NCBI GenBank assembly: GCA_965224245.1
Contig: OZ245046.1
Span: forward strand, 4,128,001-4,192,000
Direction of reading: 5' to 3'
DNA: 64,000 nucleotides
From: Candidatus Eiseniibacteriota bacterium
GTDB lineage: Bacteria > Eisenbacteria > RBG-16-71-46 > CAZAMP01
Position 1 is the first letter of the stretch. Each line of letters opens with the position of its first letter. Of this stretch, positions 1 through 10,524 are shown piece after piece. A program made the translations under genes and the position numbers. The notes under the pieces are model-generated. The model searched no databases, was not told the origin of the DNA, and was given only the letters and a program-made list of their open reading frames with translations.

Positions 1-309
1 GGCCTCGTTCTGGTACACGGTCTCGTGAACGAACGCCTCGGCCCGATCGATGCGATCCTCCGGATCGTCTGACGCATCCGCGTCGAAGATCGCCTCGGGA
101 TCGCCGACCGCCACGTCGATGGGCACTTCCGCCAGCAGCGCCTCGATGTTCCGGAAGTACCGATACACCGTGGCGCGGGAGACGAGCGCTTCCTCGGCCA
201 CCTCCTCCATGCTCGGCCTTCGGCCTTGCTTCATCAGTCGGTCGGCCGCGAGAAGGATGTCCTTGCGCGTGCGCAGCTCCTGATTGCTTCGTCTCTGCCC
301 ACGGTTCAT
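1..309 (-). CDS. TetR/AcrR family transcriptional regulator (runs off the window edge)
   Basis: Not in the ORF track. Manual translation from ATG at 309: MNRGQRRSNQELRTRKDILLAADRLMKQGRRPSMEEVAEEALVSRATVYRYF, a TetR-type HTH. Starts 2 nt after the stop of the 312-737 gene. Confidence 0.88.
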   Translation of the reverse strand, partial: MNRGQRRSNQELRTRKDILLAADRLMKQGRRPSMEEVAEEALVSRATVYRYFRNIEALLAEVPIDVAVGDPEAIFDADASDDPEDRIDRAEAFVHETVYQNEA

Positions 310-311
310 GG

Positions 312-737
312 TCAGTTGCCCTGGGGAAGCTGCTGGATCACCGCTGCCAGATCGATCCAGACCTGTTCCTTCTGTATCTGACCGGCGTCCGTGAACTCCA
401 TGACGTGCAGGAGTCGAAACCTCAGCGGTCGCCCCCTACCCTCGAGCCCGAATGGGCGGCCGGGGGCCTTGCCTTCCCAGACCGACTCGTCCACCAGGAA
501 CCCATGGCCATACAGTCGCCGCGTCGGTGTCACCCTGCTCTCGGACAGGTCCGCGAACATCGTCCGGTAGAAGGCGCGTGCGGCTTCACGACCGTGACTC
601 GGGCCACTCGGCCAGCCGACCACGTCATGAGTGGCGTCTTCCGCGAGCGTGGCCAGGACACCTTCTACGTCGTCGTTGCCCTCGTAGGCGAAGTGCTCGT
701 CGATCTTCCGGTCCATTTCCTCGGGCTTCAGGGACAT
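312..737 (-). CDS. SnoaL-like / ester cyclase (NTF2-fold) protein
   Basis: 141 aa with DVEGVLATLAEDA...GREAARAFY...GRPLRF...F.DAGQI pattern; GGAGGGA RBS upstream. Confidence 0.8.
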   Translation of the reverse strand: MSLKPEEMDRKIDEHFAYEGNDDVEGVLATLAEDATHDVVGWPSGPSHGREAARAFYRTMFADLSESRVTPTRRLYGHGFLVDESVWEGKAPGRPFGLEGRGRPLRFRLLHVMEFTDAGQIQKEQVWIDLAAVIQQLPQGN

Positions 738-764
738 GATTCCCTCCGGTTTTGAGATGTGGAT

Positions 765-793
765 ATTGTAATGATATTATTATCTCATGTCAA
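765..793 (-). promoter_or_regulatory. sigma70-type promoter of the snoaL-like/tetR operon with overlapping putative operator
   Basis: Minus strand reads TTGACA (793-788), 17-nt spacer, TACAAT (770-765). The spacer region 771-788 is an imperfect palindrome, ATGATATTATTATCTCAT. Confidence 0.8.
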
Positions 794-1064
794 GACACTC
801 ATCCAGGAACTCCCAGGTGGCTTTGTAATCTCATTGATGGCTTCGGATTGTGAGGTTCGGGGACGTTTCGGGCGTAGAATGGAAGTGGCTACGGCGCCGG
901 GAGGCTGGTACGCCGGCGACGCAACGTCAGCCAGGGCGACATCCAATTGGTTCGCGGAATGGACACGCGGTCGGAGACGCTCGCCCGAACGTGCGACGTC
1001 GGTGAAGACGCCGCACGAGTCGAGGGCGGACGGCCTCGAGATCGATCCCGGAGGGAGCCGCTCG

Positions 1065-1625
1065 ATGGACCGCGAGGCGTTCACTCGGGAGCTGGTCCGC
1101 TCTCGACACGATCCTGGGAACCTCGCCCGGCTGTTCGATCTCGTCTACGACGAGCTGATCGGGATCTCGCGGCGCCAGCTGAGGTCCGTGGGTGCCCTGC
1201 ACACCCTCAATACCACCGAGCTCATCAACGAGGCGTTCGTCCGCATGGTGGACGGCGATTCCGCGTCGATGGAGGACCGCGCGCATTTCTGTGCCTACGC
1301 GGCGCGCGCGATGCGGGCCATCCTCGTGGATCGGGCCCGCCGTCGCATGGCACGCAAGCGCGGTGGTGGCGTGATCCCCGACACGTTTCGAGACGACCTG
1401 AGCGGTCGGGCGCCGGACGATCCGGCCATGCTGATCGACGTCCATGACGCTCTGTCGGGTCTCGAGGCGGTCAACGAACGACTGGCGCGGGTCGTGGAGT
1501 GCCGCTTCTTCGGCGGAATGACCATCGACGAGACCGCTTCCGCACTCGGAATGACCGATCGCACGGTACGCCGCGACTGGCTGAAGGCCAAGGCCTGGCT
1601 CAACGACGAGCTACATGATGCGTAG
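1065..1625 (+). CDS. ECF sigma factor, kinase-associated type (ECF43 / TIGR02999-like)
   Basis: [42 protein letters not shown]...[37 protein letters not shown] before ATG 1065, preferred over the track start at 759. Confidence 0.9.
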   Translation: MDREAFTRELVRSRHDPGNLARLFDLVYDELIGISRRQLRSVGALHTLNTTELINEAFVRMVDGDSASMEDRAHFCAYAARAMRAILVDRARRRMARKRGGGVIPDTFRDDLSGRAPDDPAMLIDVHDALSGLEAVNERLARVVECRFFGGMTIDETASALGMTDRTVRRDWLKAKAWLNDELHDA

Positions 1626-1636
1626 GCCGTGACGCG

Positions 1637-4543
1637 ATGACGAGGTTTCCCGCCGACGATTCTCCGGAGCTGGACGCGATCCTCGACCGGCTCCTCGACC
1701 TTCCTCTCGACGAGCGAGAGGCGTACCTCGACGAGGTATGCCAGGACCGGCCCGAGCTGCGGGCACAGGTCGAGCGAATCCTCGCCGCGGAGAGTCGCGA
1801 GGACATCATCGATCGACCGGTCGCGGGATTCGCCCGGGCGCTCCTGGAGGAGGGCGATCGCTCCGACGAGCCCGATCGGGATGTGGGTCGTCACATCGGC
1901 CGCTACCGACTGGTACGGGAGATCGGTCGTGGAGGTTCGGCCGTCGTCTATCTCGCCGAGCGTATCGACGGGAGCTTTCGACATCGGGTGGCGATCAAGC
2001 GCCTTCTCTCTCCGTCCGGTTTCTCGAACATGCGCGAGCGCTTCCTCGTCGAGCGCCGCATCCTGGCCACCCTCGAGCATCCGAACGTCGCGCGGCTCTA
2101 TGATGCAGGCGTGACGGACGACGGCGAGCCGTACGTCATCATGGAGTACGTCGAAGGTCTCTCGATCACCGCGTACGCCGACGAACGAGAGCTGAGCATC
2201 GACGAGCGACTGATGCTCTTCGAACAGGTGTGCGACGCGGTCGAGTACGCCCACCAGAACCTCGTGGTGCATCGCGATCTCAAGCCGAGCAACATCCTGG
2301 TCAGCTCCGACGGGGACGTGAAGCTGCTGGACTTCGGCATCGCCAAGCTCCTCTCGGTCGAGGACCCCGACGCGGCGCCTCTGACCGCGCCCGGACTGGC
2401 GGTGCTCACGCCCGAGTACGCGAGCCCGGAGCAGATCGCCGGGAAGCCGATATCCACGACGAGCGATGTCTACGCGCTCGGCGTCATCCTGTTCGAGCTA
2501 CTGGCCGGTGGGCGCCCGTACGAGTTCGAGACCCGCTCGCCGGCGGAGCTCTCACGAGTCGTGCTCGAGCAGCAGCCGTCCCGTCCGAGCACCCACGTTC
2601 AGCGCCGCCCCGCTGCCGACGCGGTCGCCGGGAAGCGCCGAACGACCGTGACGCGCCTTCGGCGCCGACTGCACGGCGACCTGGACACCATCGTTCTCAT
2701 GGCGCTCCGCAAGGAGCCGGCACGGCGCTACGCGTCGGCGGCACGCCTGCGAGACGATCTCAGGCGCCACCGTGAGGGCCTGCCGGTCATGGCGCGCCCG
2801 AGCACCCTCGGCTACCGGGCGGGGAAGCTCATCCTGCGACATCGCGTCGCCGGCGCGCTCGTCCTGCTGGTCTCGCTCTCACTCATCGGTGGACTCGTGG
2901 GAACCACGTGGCAGTCCCGTCAGGCCGCGCGCGAGGCGGAGACGGCCGAACGTGTCACGGAGTTCCTCATCGAGCTGTTCCGGGCCTCCGATCCCGACGC
3001 GACTCCGGGCCGGGATCTCCGGGCGCGCGACCTGCTCGACCGGGGCGCCGCACGACTGTCGGCCGGCGAGCTCACACAGGAGCCCGAGACGCAGGCGAGG
3101 CTGGCCTCGGTGATCGGAAGGCTGTACGTCGAGCTCGGCCTCTATGACGATGCGCGGCGTCTCTTCGAGGAGGCGCTGGCGATCGAAGCAGGCATTCACG
3201 GCGAGGCGCACACCCACGTCATGACGGCGATGACCGACCTCGTCGACGCCCGATACAGCCTGGGCGACTTCGAGGCGGCGGAGGAGCTGGGCCGGCGCGT
3301 GCTCGATCTACGGCGTCGGTCATCATCGGATGACGGCCCCAGCGTGGCGACCAGCCTGACGAATCTCGCGTCGACCATCGCGGCACAGGGCCGGTACGAC
3401 GAGGCCGAGCCCCTCTATCGCGAGGCGCTCGCGCTCGAGCGAGCAACCGGAAACACGCTCGCGGTTGCGCAGAGCCTGAACAACCTCGGTGTCTTCCTCT
3501 CCAACGCCGGCCGGTACGACGAGTCGCGCGTGGCGCACGAGGAGGCGCTCGGCATCCGCGTCGCCGAGCACGGGGAGACGCATACCGACGTCGCGACCAG
3601 CCAGGCGAATCTCGCGGTGGCGCTCCACCAGCTCGGCGAGCTCGCCCGGGCCGAGGAGCTGCTTCGCTCCGTCATCGACCTGCGAACCGAGCTGCTGGGA
3701 CCGAACCACCCGCACACCGCGCTGGCGCTGAACAACCTGGGAGACCTCCTGGGGGAGCGAGGAGAGCTGGAAGAGGCCCGGGCGGCGCACCTGGAGGCGC
3801 TCGCGATCCGAAAGGCCACGTTCGGCGACGACCACGCGGAGACCGGGAGCAGCCTGAACAACCTGGGCGTGACCTCGTACCGGATGGCGGACTATGCCGG
3901 AGCGGCGAGCTACTTTCGTGAGGCCCTCCGCGCGTTCCGGAGCCATCATGGCGAGGATCATCCGCTCGTCCTGACCGCCATCAACAACCTGGCGTCCACG
4001 TTGCGCGAGCAGGGCGAGCTGGACGAGGCGGAGCGCTACTTCCGCTTGAACCTGGAGAAGCGTCGGGAGCTGCTGGGAGAGGAGCACCCGCACACCAACC
4101 AGGCGCTCTCCAATCTCGGCTGGCTGTTGCTGCGCCGTGACGCCCATGAGGAAGCGAGGCAGTGCTTCGTTGCGGCGGTGGCGCGTGACCTCGAGATGTA
4201 CGCGGAGGATCACACCGTGACCGCGTCGGACAACCTCGGACTCGGACGCGCCGAGCTGGGTCTCGGACTCGCGATCGAGGCCGAAGCACCGATCCGCGAA
4301 GCGGTTCGGATCCGACTGGCGAAGCTCGGCGAGGATCACCTGCGAACCGTCGAGGCGCGTGTCTGGCTGGCCGTGAGCCTGTCCCTGCAGGGCAGGCATC
4401 GCGAGGCACTCCCGCTCGTCGAGGAGAACCTCCCCGTGCTGGAACAGAGCTACGCTCCCGACCACCCGGCGCTGCTCCGGGGCCGAGCCGCACTCGAGCG
4501 GAGTCGCGGGGCAGGATCCCGCACCTCCCACTCCGACCCGTAA
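1637..4543 (+). CDS. Ser/Thr protein kinase with TM helix and C-terminal TPR repeats
   Basis: [29 protein letters not shown] and SDVYALG motifs; hydrophobic segment; kinesin-light-chain-like TPR repeats (HP.TA..LNNLG). Confidence 0.93.
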   Translation: MTRFPADDSPELDAILDRLLDLPLDEREAYLDEVCQDRPELRAQVERILAAESREDIIDRPVAGFARALLEEGDRSDEPDRDVGRHIGRYRLVREIGRGGSAVVYLAERIDGSFRHRVAIKRLLSPSGFSNMRERFLVERRILATLEHPNVARLYDAGVTDDGEPYVIMEYVEGLSITAYADERELSIDERLMLFEQVCDAVEYAHQNLVVHRDLKPSNILVSSDGDVKLLDFGIAKLLSVEDPDAAPLTAPGLAVLTPEYASPEQIAGKPISTTSDVYALGVILFELLAGGRPYEFETRSPAELSRVVLEQQPSRPSTHVQRRPAADAVAGKRRTTVTRLRRRLHGDLDTIVLMALRKEPARRYASAARLRDDLRRHREGLPVMARPSTLGYRAGKLILRHRVAGALVLLVSLSLIGGLVGTTWQSRQAAREAETAERVTEFLIELFRASDPDATPGRDLRARDLLDRGAARLSAGELTQEPETQARLASVIGRLYVELGLYDDARRLFEEALAIEAGIHGEAHTHVMTAMTDLVDARYSLGDFEAAEELGRRVLDLRRRSSSDDGPSVATSLTNLASTIAAQGRYDEAEPLYREALALERATGNTLAVAQSLNNLGVFLSNAGRYDESRVAHEEALGIRVAEHGETHTDVATSQANLAVALHQLGELARAEELLRSVIDLRTELLGPNHPHTALALNNLGDLLGERGELEEARAAHLEALAIRKATFGDDHAETGSSLNNLGVTSYRMADYAGAASYFREALRAFRSHHGEDHPLVLTAINNLASTLREQGELDEAERYFRLNLEKRRELLGEEHPHTNQALSNLGWLLLRRDAHEEARQCFVAAVARDLEMYAEDHTVTASDNLGLGRAELGLGLAIEAEAPIREAVRIRLAKLGEDHLRTVEARVWLAVSLSLQGRHREALPLVEENLPVLEQSYAPDHPALLRGRAALERSRGAGSRTSHSDP

Positions 4544-4629
4544 CTCACGACCATGCAGTCGGTTACTCCCGGCCTGCCGTACCTGCTACGCCGGACGACA
4601 CGCGAGCCACGTACTCGTCACCCCGGGAA

Positions 4630-4656
4630 TGTCCGCCTTTCGGCGAGAAATACGTG
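4630..4656 (+). promoter_or_regulatory. putative ECF-dependent promoter (TGTCCG-N17-CGTG)
   Basis: 20/27 identical, with the same spacing, to a motif at 39968-39994 (-). Both sit 51-55 nt upstream of a start codon. Confidence 0.5.
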
Positions 4657-4707
4657 CCAGGACCGACGGGACTCGCCGGCTGCACCTATCGGCAAGAAGG
4701 AGGAAAC

Positions 4708-5580
4708 ATGAGCCGACTCTCAACGAGCCCGCGCTGGTTCGCGGCGCTCCTCTGCGCGAGCGCGGTCATCGCCGCCGACGTCGAGGCACGGGACGCCGCC
4801 TGTCGCGTCGTCACGCGCTGGGACGACAGCTGCAGCGGAGGCCCCCGGGGATGGTGGGACGACATGGTGCGCGCGTGGTACGACGCGATATCGGATTCGA
4901 GTCCGATCTGGGGCCACGGTGCGAACGCCTACGGGCGTCACGGACTTCAGCACAACGGCAACATCATCGACGGCGACGTCACGGACATCAGCCTTCGCCC
5001 GTTCGGACTCGATCACCTGCCGGGTCATCCCGACGCCGTCGATGCCTTCATGTTCGCCCTGCACGGCGTCGATGCCCCGGTCACCGAGCGCTGGTGCGGG
5101 GTCGTGCGCGTCGATGAGCCCGGCTGGGGCAACTGCCTCACCTACCAGGGTCACATGCGCTGGGGGGATGGCGACCTCGAGTTCATGCATCTCTCGTCGT
5201 GCTTCAGCATGGATCGAGAGGACTGGTGGCCGAGCTGGAGCGAGTCGTTCGATGGGCTGCATCAGGTGGATGGGTTTCACGGGATCATGTGGATCGGATC
5301 GGGCCGCGTGAGTGACTACTCCGACTTCGCGCACGATGCGTTCTGGGGTGGGATCTCCAGCGCCTGGATCGACAACATGTACGACACGGACGTCAACGAC
5401 TTCTGGGACCAGTGCCCGGTCACTCGCGCCGTGGGCGTCACGTCCGGCGACGCATCGCTCAGGATGAGCTACGAGCGGTACGCGAACGTCTTCCCCGACC
5501 CCCCGGGTCTCGGAGCGTCACGCAGTCATCGCGTCCGATACGTCAAGGGCTGTGATCCGCTCGGAAAGGAGGCGCTGTGA
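4708..5580 (+). CDS. secreted DUF6345-like protein (possible clan CD His/Cys peptidase fold)
   Basis: AGGAGG RBS; signal peptide; WGDGDLEFMHLSSC and FDGLHQVDGFHG motifs. Confidence 0.7.
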   Translation: MSRLSTSPRWFAALLCASAVIAADVEARDAACRVVTRWDDSCSGGPRGWWDDMVRAWYDAISDSSPIWGHGANAYGRHGLQHNGNIIDGDVTDISLRPFGLDHLPGHPDAVDAFMFALHGVDAPVTERWCGVVRVDEPGWGNCLTYQGHMRWGDGDLEFMHLSSCFSMDREDWWPSWSESFDGLHQVDGFHGIMWIGSGRVSDYSDFAHDAFWGGISSAWIDNMYDTDVNDFWDQCPVTRAVGVTSGDASLRMSYERYANVFPDPPGLGASRSHRVRYVKGCDPLGKEAL

Positions 5581-7022
5581 GACGCGCCGTCAACATCGGC
5601 CTCGCCGTCGCGGCGCTGGGGACGCTCCCGGTGGCCTCGCCCGCGCAGACCTTTCCGGTGTGCGACGCAGGCGGACCTTACTACGCCAGCCCTGGAGAGG
5701 AGATCGCCTTCGACGGTACGGCGTCGTACGATCCCGACGGGGTGATCATCGAGTACCTGTGGTTCTTCGGCGACGGGGGCAGCGCGACCGGTGGCCGGCC
5801 CGAGCACACCTACGACGCGGGCGGTGTCTACATCGTGACGCTCGAGGTCACCGACGACCGGGGCAACGTCTCGACCTGTAACACCATCGCCGACGTCGAG
5901 CTCGACGTTCCTCCCCTCCCGCGACCGATGACGCTCGGAGACTACGTCGTTCAGGCCGACGACGTGCTCCCGGCGATCGACGAGGCCATTCTCGACGCTC
6001 CGACCGGACCCGACTGGTTTCTGACGATGACGATCGACCAGGTGTCGGGGGCGATGGCCGACGGGGCTCCGGGCACGATTCTCGTCGATGGTGACGTGTG
6101 GATCGGCTACGACGACCCCGACAGCACGAGTGCGCGCTACGTAAAGCTCGATTTCGGTCGCGATTACCTGCGGTACATCAATCAGGACCGTGCGTTCGAC
6201 ATCCTGTCGTCCCCGCACTCGGCGATCGGCGACGAGCTTGCGTTCGGCGTGTTCTCGAGCGCAGCGGATGCGCTCGGAATCCCGGTCGCGGAGCGAGGCG
6301 TGCCCATCATCGACACCATCGTGAGCCTGGGTTACGACGAAGGCGTCGGCGAGAGCACCGAGATCGAGGTCGAGCGTCTCGTCACCCTTCCCCGGCAGTT
6401 CAACGGCTTTCCCGTGTTCGGGTCCCGGGCTCGGATGGCGGTATCGAATCGCGGGAGGGCGGCACGGGCGCTCGTCGAGTGGCCCCGGTTCGTCATGCCG
6501 TCCGGGCTCGAGCTGCTGCCGCGCGAGGACGTCGTGCAGAAGGTCGCCGAGCTCGTCTGGGAATCGGAGGAAGGGGTGGCGGTGCAGCTGGACATCCGTC
6601 TCGGCTATGCGCTGACGCCGAGCGGCTACCTGCCGGTCGCCCGCACGAGCTTCTCCGACGCGGGTGGCGTGATGGAGTCGGGCGTGATCGCGATGGTGCC
6701 GCTCGTGGACACGGTTCTCGATGCGCCCGTGATCGATGCCTCTGCGTCGCGGCTGGCCCTGCGGGTGCTCGCGGGCGTATCGAACGACGGTGATCTCGTG
6801 CAGTTCGAGCTACCCACCGCCCAGCGAGCCCGGGTCGCGGTCTACGATGCCGGCGGTCGGCTCGTTCGCACGCTCGCCGATGGTCGTCGCGACGCCGGTC
6901 GCCACGACCTGCGCTGGGACGGACGGGGCCACGACGGAAGGCGAGTGGCATCCGGCGTGTACTTCGTGACTCTCGATGCCGAGAGCGGGACTCTCGCTCG
7001 CAAGCTGGTCCGGCTTCACTGA
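5577..7022 (+). CDS. secreted PKD-domain protein with C-terminal FlgD-Ig/T9SS-like CTD
   Basis: GTGA overlap with the upstream stop; PKD motif FDGTASYDPDG.I..Y.W.FGDG; C-terminal VYDAGGRLVRTL...WDGR...VASGVYF. Confidence 0.85.
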   Translation: MRRAVNIGLAVAALGTLPVASPAQTFPVCDAGGPYYASPGEEIAFDGTASYDPDGVIIEYLWFFGDGGSATGGRPEHTYDAGGVYIVTLEVTDDRGNVSTCNTIADVELDVPPLPRPMTLGDYVVQADDVLPAIDEAILDAPTGPDWFLTMTIDQVSGAMADGAPGTILVDGDVWIGYDDPDSTSARYVKLDFGRDYLRYINQDRAFDILSSPHSAIGDELAFGVFSSAADALGIPVAERGVPIIDTIVSLGYDEGVGESTEIEVERLVTLPRQFNGFPVFGSRARMAVSNRGRAARALVEWPRFVMPSGLELLPREDVVQKVAELVWESEEGVAVQLDIRLGYALTPSGYLPVARTSFSDAGGVMESGVIAMVPLVDTVLDAPVIDASASRLALRVLAGVSNDGDLVQFELPTAQRARVAVYDAGGRLVRTLADGRRDAGRHDLRWDGRGHDGRRVASGVYFVTLDAESGTLARKLVRLH

Positions 7023-7040
7023 GTCGGTGCGAATACTCCT

Positions 7041-7073
7041 GACGGGGTGTGATCGCGTGTGATCCACCCCGTC
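7041..7073. terminator. stem-loop after the 4708-7022 operon
   Basis: GACGGGGTG...CACCCCGTC 9-bp inverted repeat; no U-tract. Confidence 0.35.
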
Positions 7074-7459
7074 GACAGACGCGAGGGCCGCCGGCCACTC
7101 CAGGCCCTTGCGGTCCAATGCGACGATCCCTCGTGTACTTCCGCGAGCACGTGGACATGTAACGAGTTAGCTCGCTGATTGCAGTCCACGAGGGCCTCGT
7201 GCCCCGCCGCGGTGCCCGAGCCACGCGCCTCGAACTCGACGGGCCACACGCCCGGCACCCGTACCCTCGCAAAAAAGCCGCAGCGCCCTGTCGGACTCGT
7301 CCTCGAAACGTCGCCCCTGGGACTGAGGAGGTGATTGCGCCGGACCCCGCCCGGGTCTCCGACGCGATGCGCCGATCCCGCCCGCCGATCCGCCCGCATG
7401 TTCGACCGCCTGGACGAGTCCTGCCCGATCGTCCGGAACATCGACCCAGGAGGTCTGTC

Positions 7460-9538
7460 ATGCCGTCTCGAGGTTCATTCGATCTTACGGCTGCCGTCTC
7501 GGCCGCGACGCGGGCCGACCTCGGATCGCTCGCCGTCGCCACCATACTGCTCACCCTCACGCCCGTCCCCGCTCCTGCGATCGACTTCTCGGGGGGCTGC
7601 GGCGCATCGGGAGTTCCGACCACCGGGTGGAACGGTCACACGGACGCCAAGCACCGTGTCGTCACGATGCCGTGTGGCGGCACGTTCGAGGAGTTCACCG
7701 CCACGTTCAACGGCACGATCACCGCCGAGGACGACGCCGCCGACGGCATCGTGGTGAGGATCGTCGACGACGACTCGCCTGCCGCCAACGACGTGCTCTT
7801 GGAGTACGAGTTCGAGAGCACCAAGCTGGACGAGCTCGCCGTCGGCACCGAGATCCATGGAATCGTCACCTTCTTCCTGTACTGCAACTCGCTCTGCGAA
7901 GTGGTGGGCAGCACGATCGAGAAGGTCGAGATCTGGGACCGGGGTGACCCCGCGAAGATCATCGACACGGTCAGCTTCGCCGACGCGACCAGCCGCTCGT
8001 CCGGCTCCAGTGGCGAGTCCGAGGCGGAGATCGCGCTCGAAGACGACGACGGTGAGGATTACCACCGGCTCTGCAACAAGCTCGACGTGACGTGCACCGA
8101 GTCGGACGACGCGTGCAGCTGGCAAGGCTCCCCCCGACTCGAGCCTGGCGAGCGGGCGCTCCTCAGCCTCGACTCGCCCGTGCCGGCGTTCTCCGACGAG
8201 ACCACGATGACGTTCGGTCTCGACGGCGCGATCGAGGTGATCGACGAGGTCATCGAGTCACCGGAGCGTCTGTGGACGGAGATCGCCGTGCCCGTGGATC
8301 AGATTCCCGGTGAGCTGACCGTGTATGCGACGAACGTGGAAGGTGTGAGCAGCTACGCGCCGCTCTTCGTCGACCCGAGCTCGTGGGCGACCAATCGCGC
8401 CGGCTGGCTGCGACTCAGCATGACCGACCGTGGTGCCGTCGGTCATGTCGACGAACGATCGGGGCTGGGACGCGGGCTCGGCTATCCCCTCGAATCGGCC
8501 CACCATCTGCGGATGGGATCCCTCTGGGTGGGATCGTCGCCCGGCCTCGTGGCCAACCGCGACTACGACGCGGACCCCGCCCCCGACTGGGTACCGTCGG
8601 CCGACGTGCCGCTGCAGCTCGAGTCCGTCGACGGCGTCGAGACGATCCGCGGCGCCTTCATCGACCAGGGCGGCCTGATGCCTCACGGCCTGAACGTCGA
8701 CTTCGAAGCCCGGTTCGTCGACACGCCCGAGCTCGACGACACCGCCCTCCTGCGCTACTGGATCGAGAACCGTGGCCCCGACGTGTCGGGCGTGTACGCC
8801 GGCCTGTACCTCGATCTCGACATCGAGGGCGATCCCGAGGACGACCTGGGCGAGGCCGATCGGGCGATCGGCACCGCGTGGCTGTCGGATCCCGAAGGCG
8901 TTCACGTGGGCGCCCGTGTGCTGACCTGCTCGCCGGACGACGGCCGCTGCTGGCCGACGGCCGGGATCGGAGTCCAGGACGTCGCCTTCCTCGAGGATCT
9001 CGGCCACGTGCCCGACGAGACGAAGTACGCATGGATGAGCGGCGAGGGGACGCTTCGCGAGCTGTCGCGTGAGTCGCGCCGGATCGGCGATCGCGCCATT
9101 CTGGTCGCCGCGGGACCGATCGATCTCGCTGCCGGCGAACGACGGGAGATCGCGTTCGCGATCGGCGCCGGGGAGAGCCTCGCGGACCTTCTGGCGAACC
9201 TCGAGGCAGCGAGAGCCGACTACGAGCAGACCGCCTTGCACGCCCCCGAGGGACTCGAGCTCGTGCCGCCACGACTCAGCCTCGCTCCGAACCCGACGAG
9301 ACGCGCGGTCAACATCCGGCTGGATCTCCCTCGCGGCGGACTCGCTCGGGTGGGCGTCTTCGATGCTCGGGGCCGACGGGTGCGAGCCCTCGCCGCCGGA
9401 CGACGAACCGACGGAACGTCATCTCTCACGTGGGACGGTCGTGACGACGCGGGGCGGCGAGTTGCCCCGGGCGTATACGTCATCCGCGTTCGCACCGACG
9501 AGACCGAGTCGGCGAGGAGCGTGACGATGATCCGCTGA
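7460..9538 (+). CDS. secreted protein of unknown function with FlgD-Ig/T9SS-like CTD
   Basis: AGGAGG RBS before ATG 7460; signal peptide; C-terminal APNPT...VFDARGRRVRAL...WDGRDD.GRRVAPGVY. Confidence 0.8.
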   Translation: MPSRGSFDLTAAVSAATRADLGSLAVATILLTLTPVPAPAIDFSGGCGASGVPTTGWNGHTDAKHRVVTMPCGGTFEEFTATFNGTITAEDDAADGIVVRIVDDDSPAANDVLLEYEFESTKLDELAVGTEIHGIVTFFLYCNSLCEVVGSTIEKVEIWDRGDPAKIIDTVSFADATSRSSGSSGESEAEIALEDDDGEDYHRLCNKLDVTCTESDDACSWQGSPRLEPGERALLSLDSPVPAFSDETTMTFGLDGAIEVIDEVIESPERLWTEIAVPVDQIPGELTVYATNVEGVSSYAPLFVDPSSWATNRAGWLRLSMTDRGAVGHVDERSGLGRGLGYPLESAHHLRMGSLWVGSSPGLVANRDYDADPAPDWVPSADVPLQLESVDGVETIRGAFIDQGGLMPHGLNVDFEARFVDTPELDDTALLRYWIENRGPDVSGVYAGLYLDLDIEGDPEDDLGEADRAIGTAWLSDPEGVHVGARVLTCSPDDGRCWPTAGIGVQDVAFLEDLGHVPDETKYAWMSGEGTLRELSRESRRIGDRAILVAAGPIDLAAGERREIAFAIGAGESLADLLANLEAARADYEQTALHAPEGLELVPPRLSLAPNPTRRAVNIRLDLPRGGLARVGVFDARGRRVRALAAGRRTDGTSSLTWDGRDDAGRRVAPGVYVIRVRTDETESARSVTMIR

Positions 9539-9716
9539 CGTGGAATGACACCCTGGAGAGGCGACCGCTCGTCGAACCGGCGCGCGGTCACCTCTCCGAC
9601 TGACACGGCCTGCGAAAGTCGAGGATCTGGTCCCCTTCCGACACGCGCCACACGGCTCGAATCGGAAGAGAGCGGACTCCCGTCGCCGGGATCCAGAACG
9701 AGGCATCCGCTCAGGT

Positions 9717-10442
9717 TCAGCGATACAACGCCTTGATCCGTGCCCACGAGGCTCGACTCGTCGGGACGGAATCGGCTTCCTGGCGGAAGATCACATAGTC
9801 CCAGTCGACGTTCGCATCCTCCTGCGCGCCCCACGCGCCGTCGCCGAAGCTCCATTGATTCTCGGGTATCGCGTACGCACTGCCCGTGAAGAGGAGGACG
9901 TCATCTCGATAGAAGAGAATCGCATTGCTGTTCGCAGGTGAGGTGATCCGAAACACATGGAAGTCACCTCCTTCATCTATGTCGAAGTCGACCTGCGTCT
10001 CAGCCGCTCCCTCTTCGACCACGATGGCCCCGGATGCGTTCAGGAAGAACGAGTACTGGTGCGAACCGTCCGTGAGGGCCGGGCCCGTCGACCGGCCAAC
10101 ACTGATGGAGTTCACGCGGATCCGGGCCTCGATCTCGATCGGTAGCGTGGGCACGAACCCTGGCGACGAGGCCGACTGATAGTACGCGCGCCCGACCCTG
10201 CCCATCGTCGTCTGGATCAGGTGGCCTCCTGATACGGCAAAGGCATCCTCTTCGGCGATGAACTCACCGGAAGTCACGTACTCGGTATCGGGATCGTCCG
10301 AGGGGAGCACGCCGTCGACATCGAAGAAGAACTCTCTGACGTAGCCCGTGGCGGCGACTGCCGGGGCGGCGAGCGACGCCCAGGCGGACGCGACCATCGC
10401 CCCCATGATGAAGACGGAAGTGGACTGTCGTGACGGTCTCAT
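9717..10442 (-). CDS. secreted beta-sandwich (concanavalin-like) protein with C-terminal SW tag
   Basis: AGGAGG RBS; signal peptide; ends VDWDYVIF...DSVPTSRASWARIKALYR*. Confidence 0.78.
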   Translation of the reverse strand: MRPSRQSTSVFIMGAMVASAWASLAAPAVAATGYVREFFFDVDGVLPSDDPDTEYVTSGEFIAEEDAFAVSGGHLIQTTMGRVGRAYYQSASSPGFVPTLPIEIEARIRVNSISVGRSTGPALTDGSHQYSFFLNASGAIVVEEGAAETQVDFDIDEGGDFHVFRITSPANSNAILFYRDDVLLFTGSAYAIPENQWSFGDGAWGAQEDANVDWDYVIFRQEADSVPTSRASWARIKALYR

Positions 10443-10524
10443 GAGCAACCTCCTCTGGGATCTCCGGTAACGGCCCTCTCTCGCGACGTTGATGGCATCG
10501 AGCCATCCAGCAATGACGGGCCTT

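Noticed and set aside
759-1064. Long N-terminal extensions given by the ORF track (also at 7199, 29085, 31856, 40374, 48259, 53346, 59062)
   Set aside because: Downstream starts have an RBS, a stop-start overlap or the expected family N-terminus, and the extensions overlap promoters or other genes.
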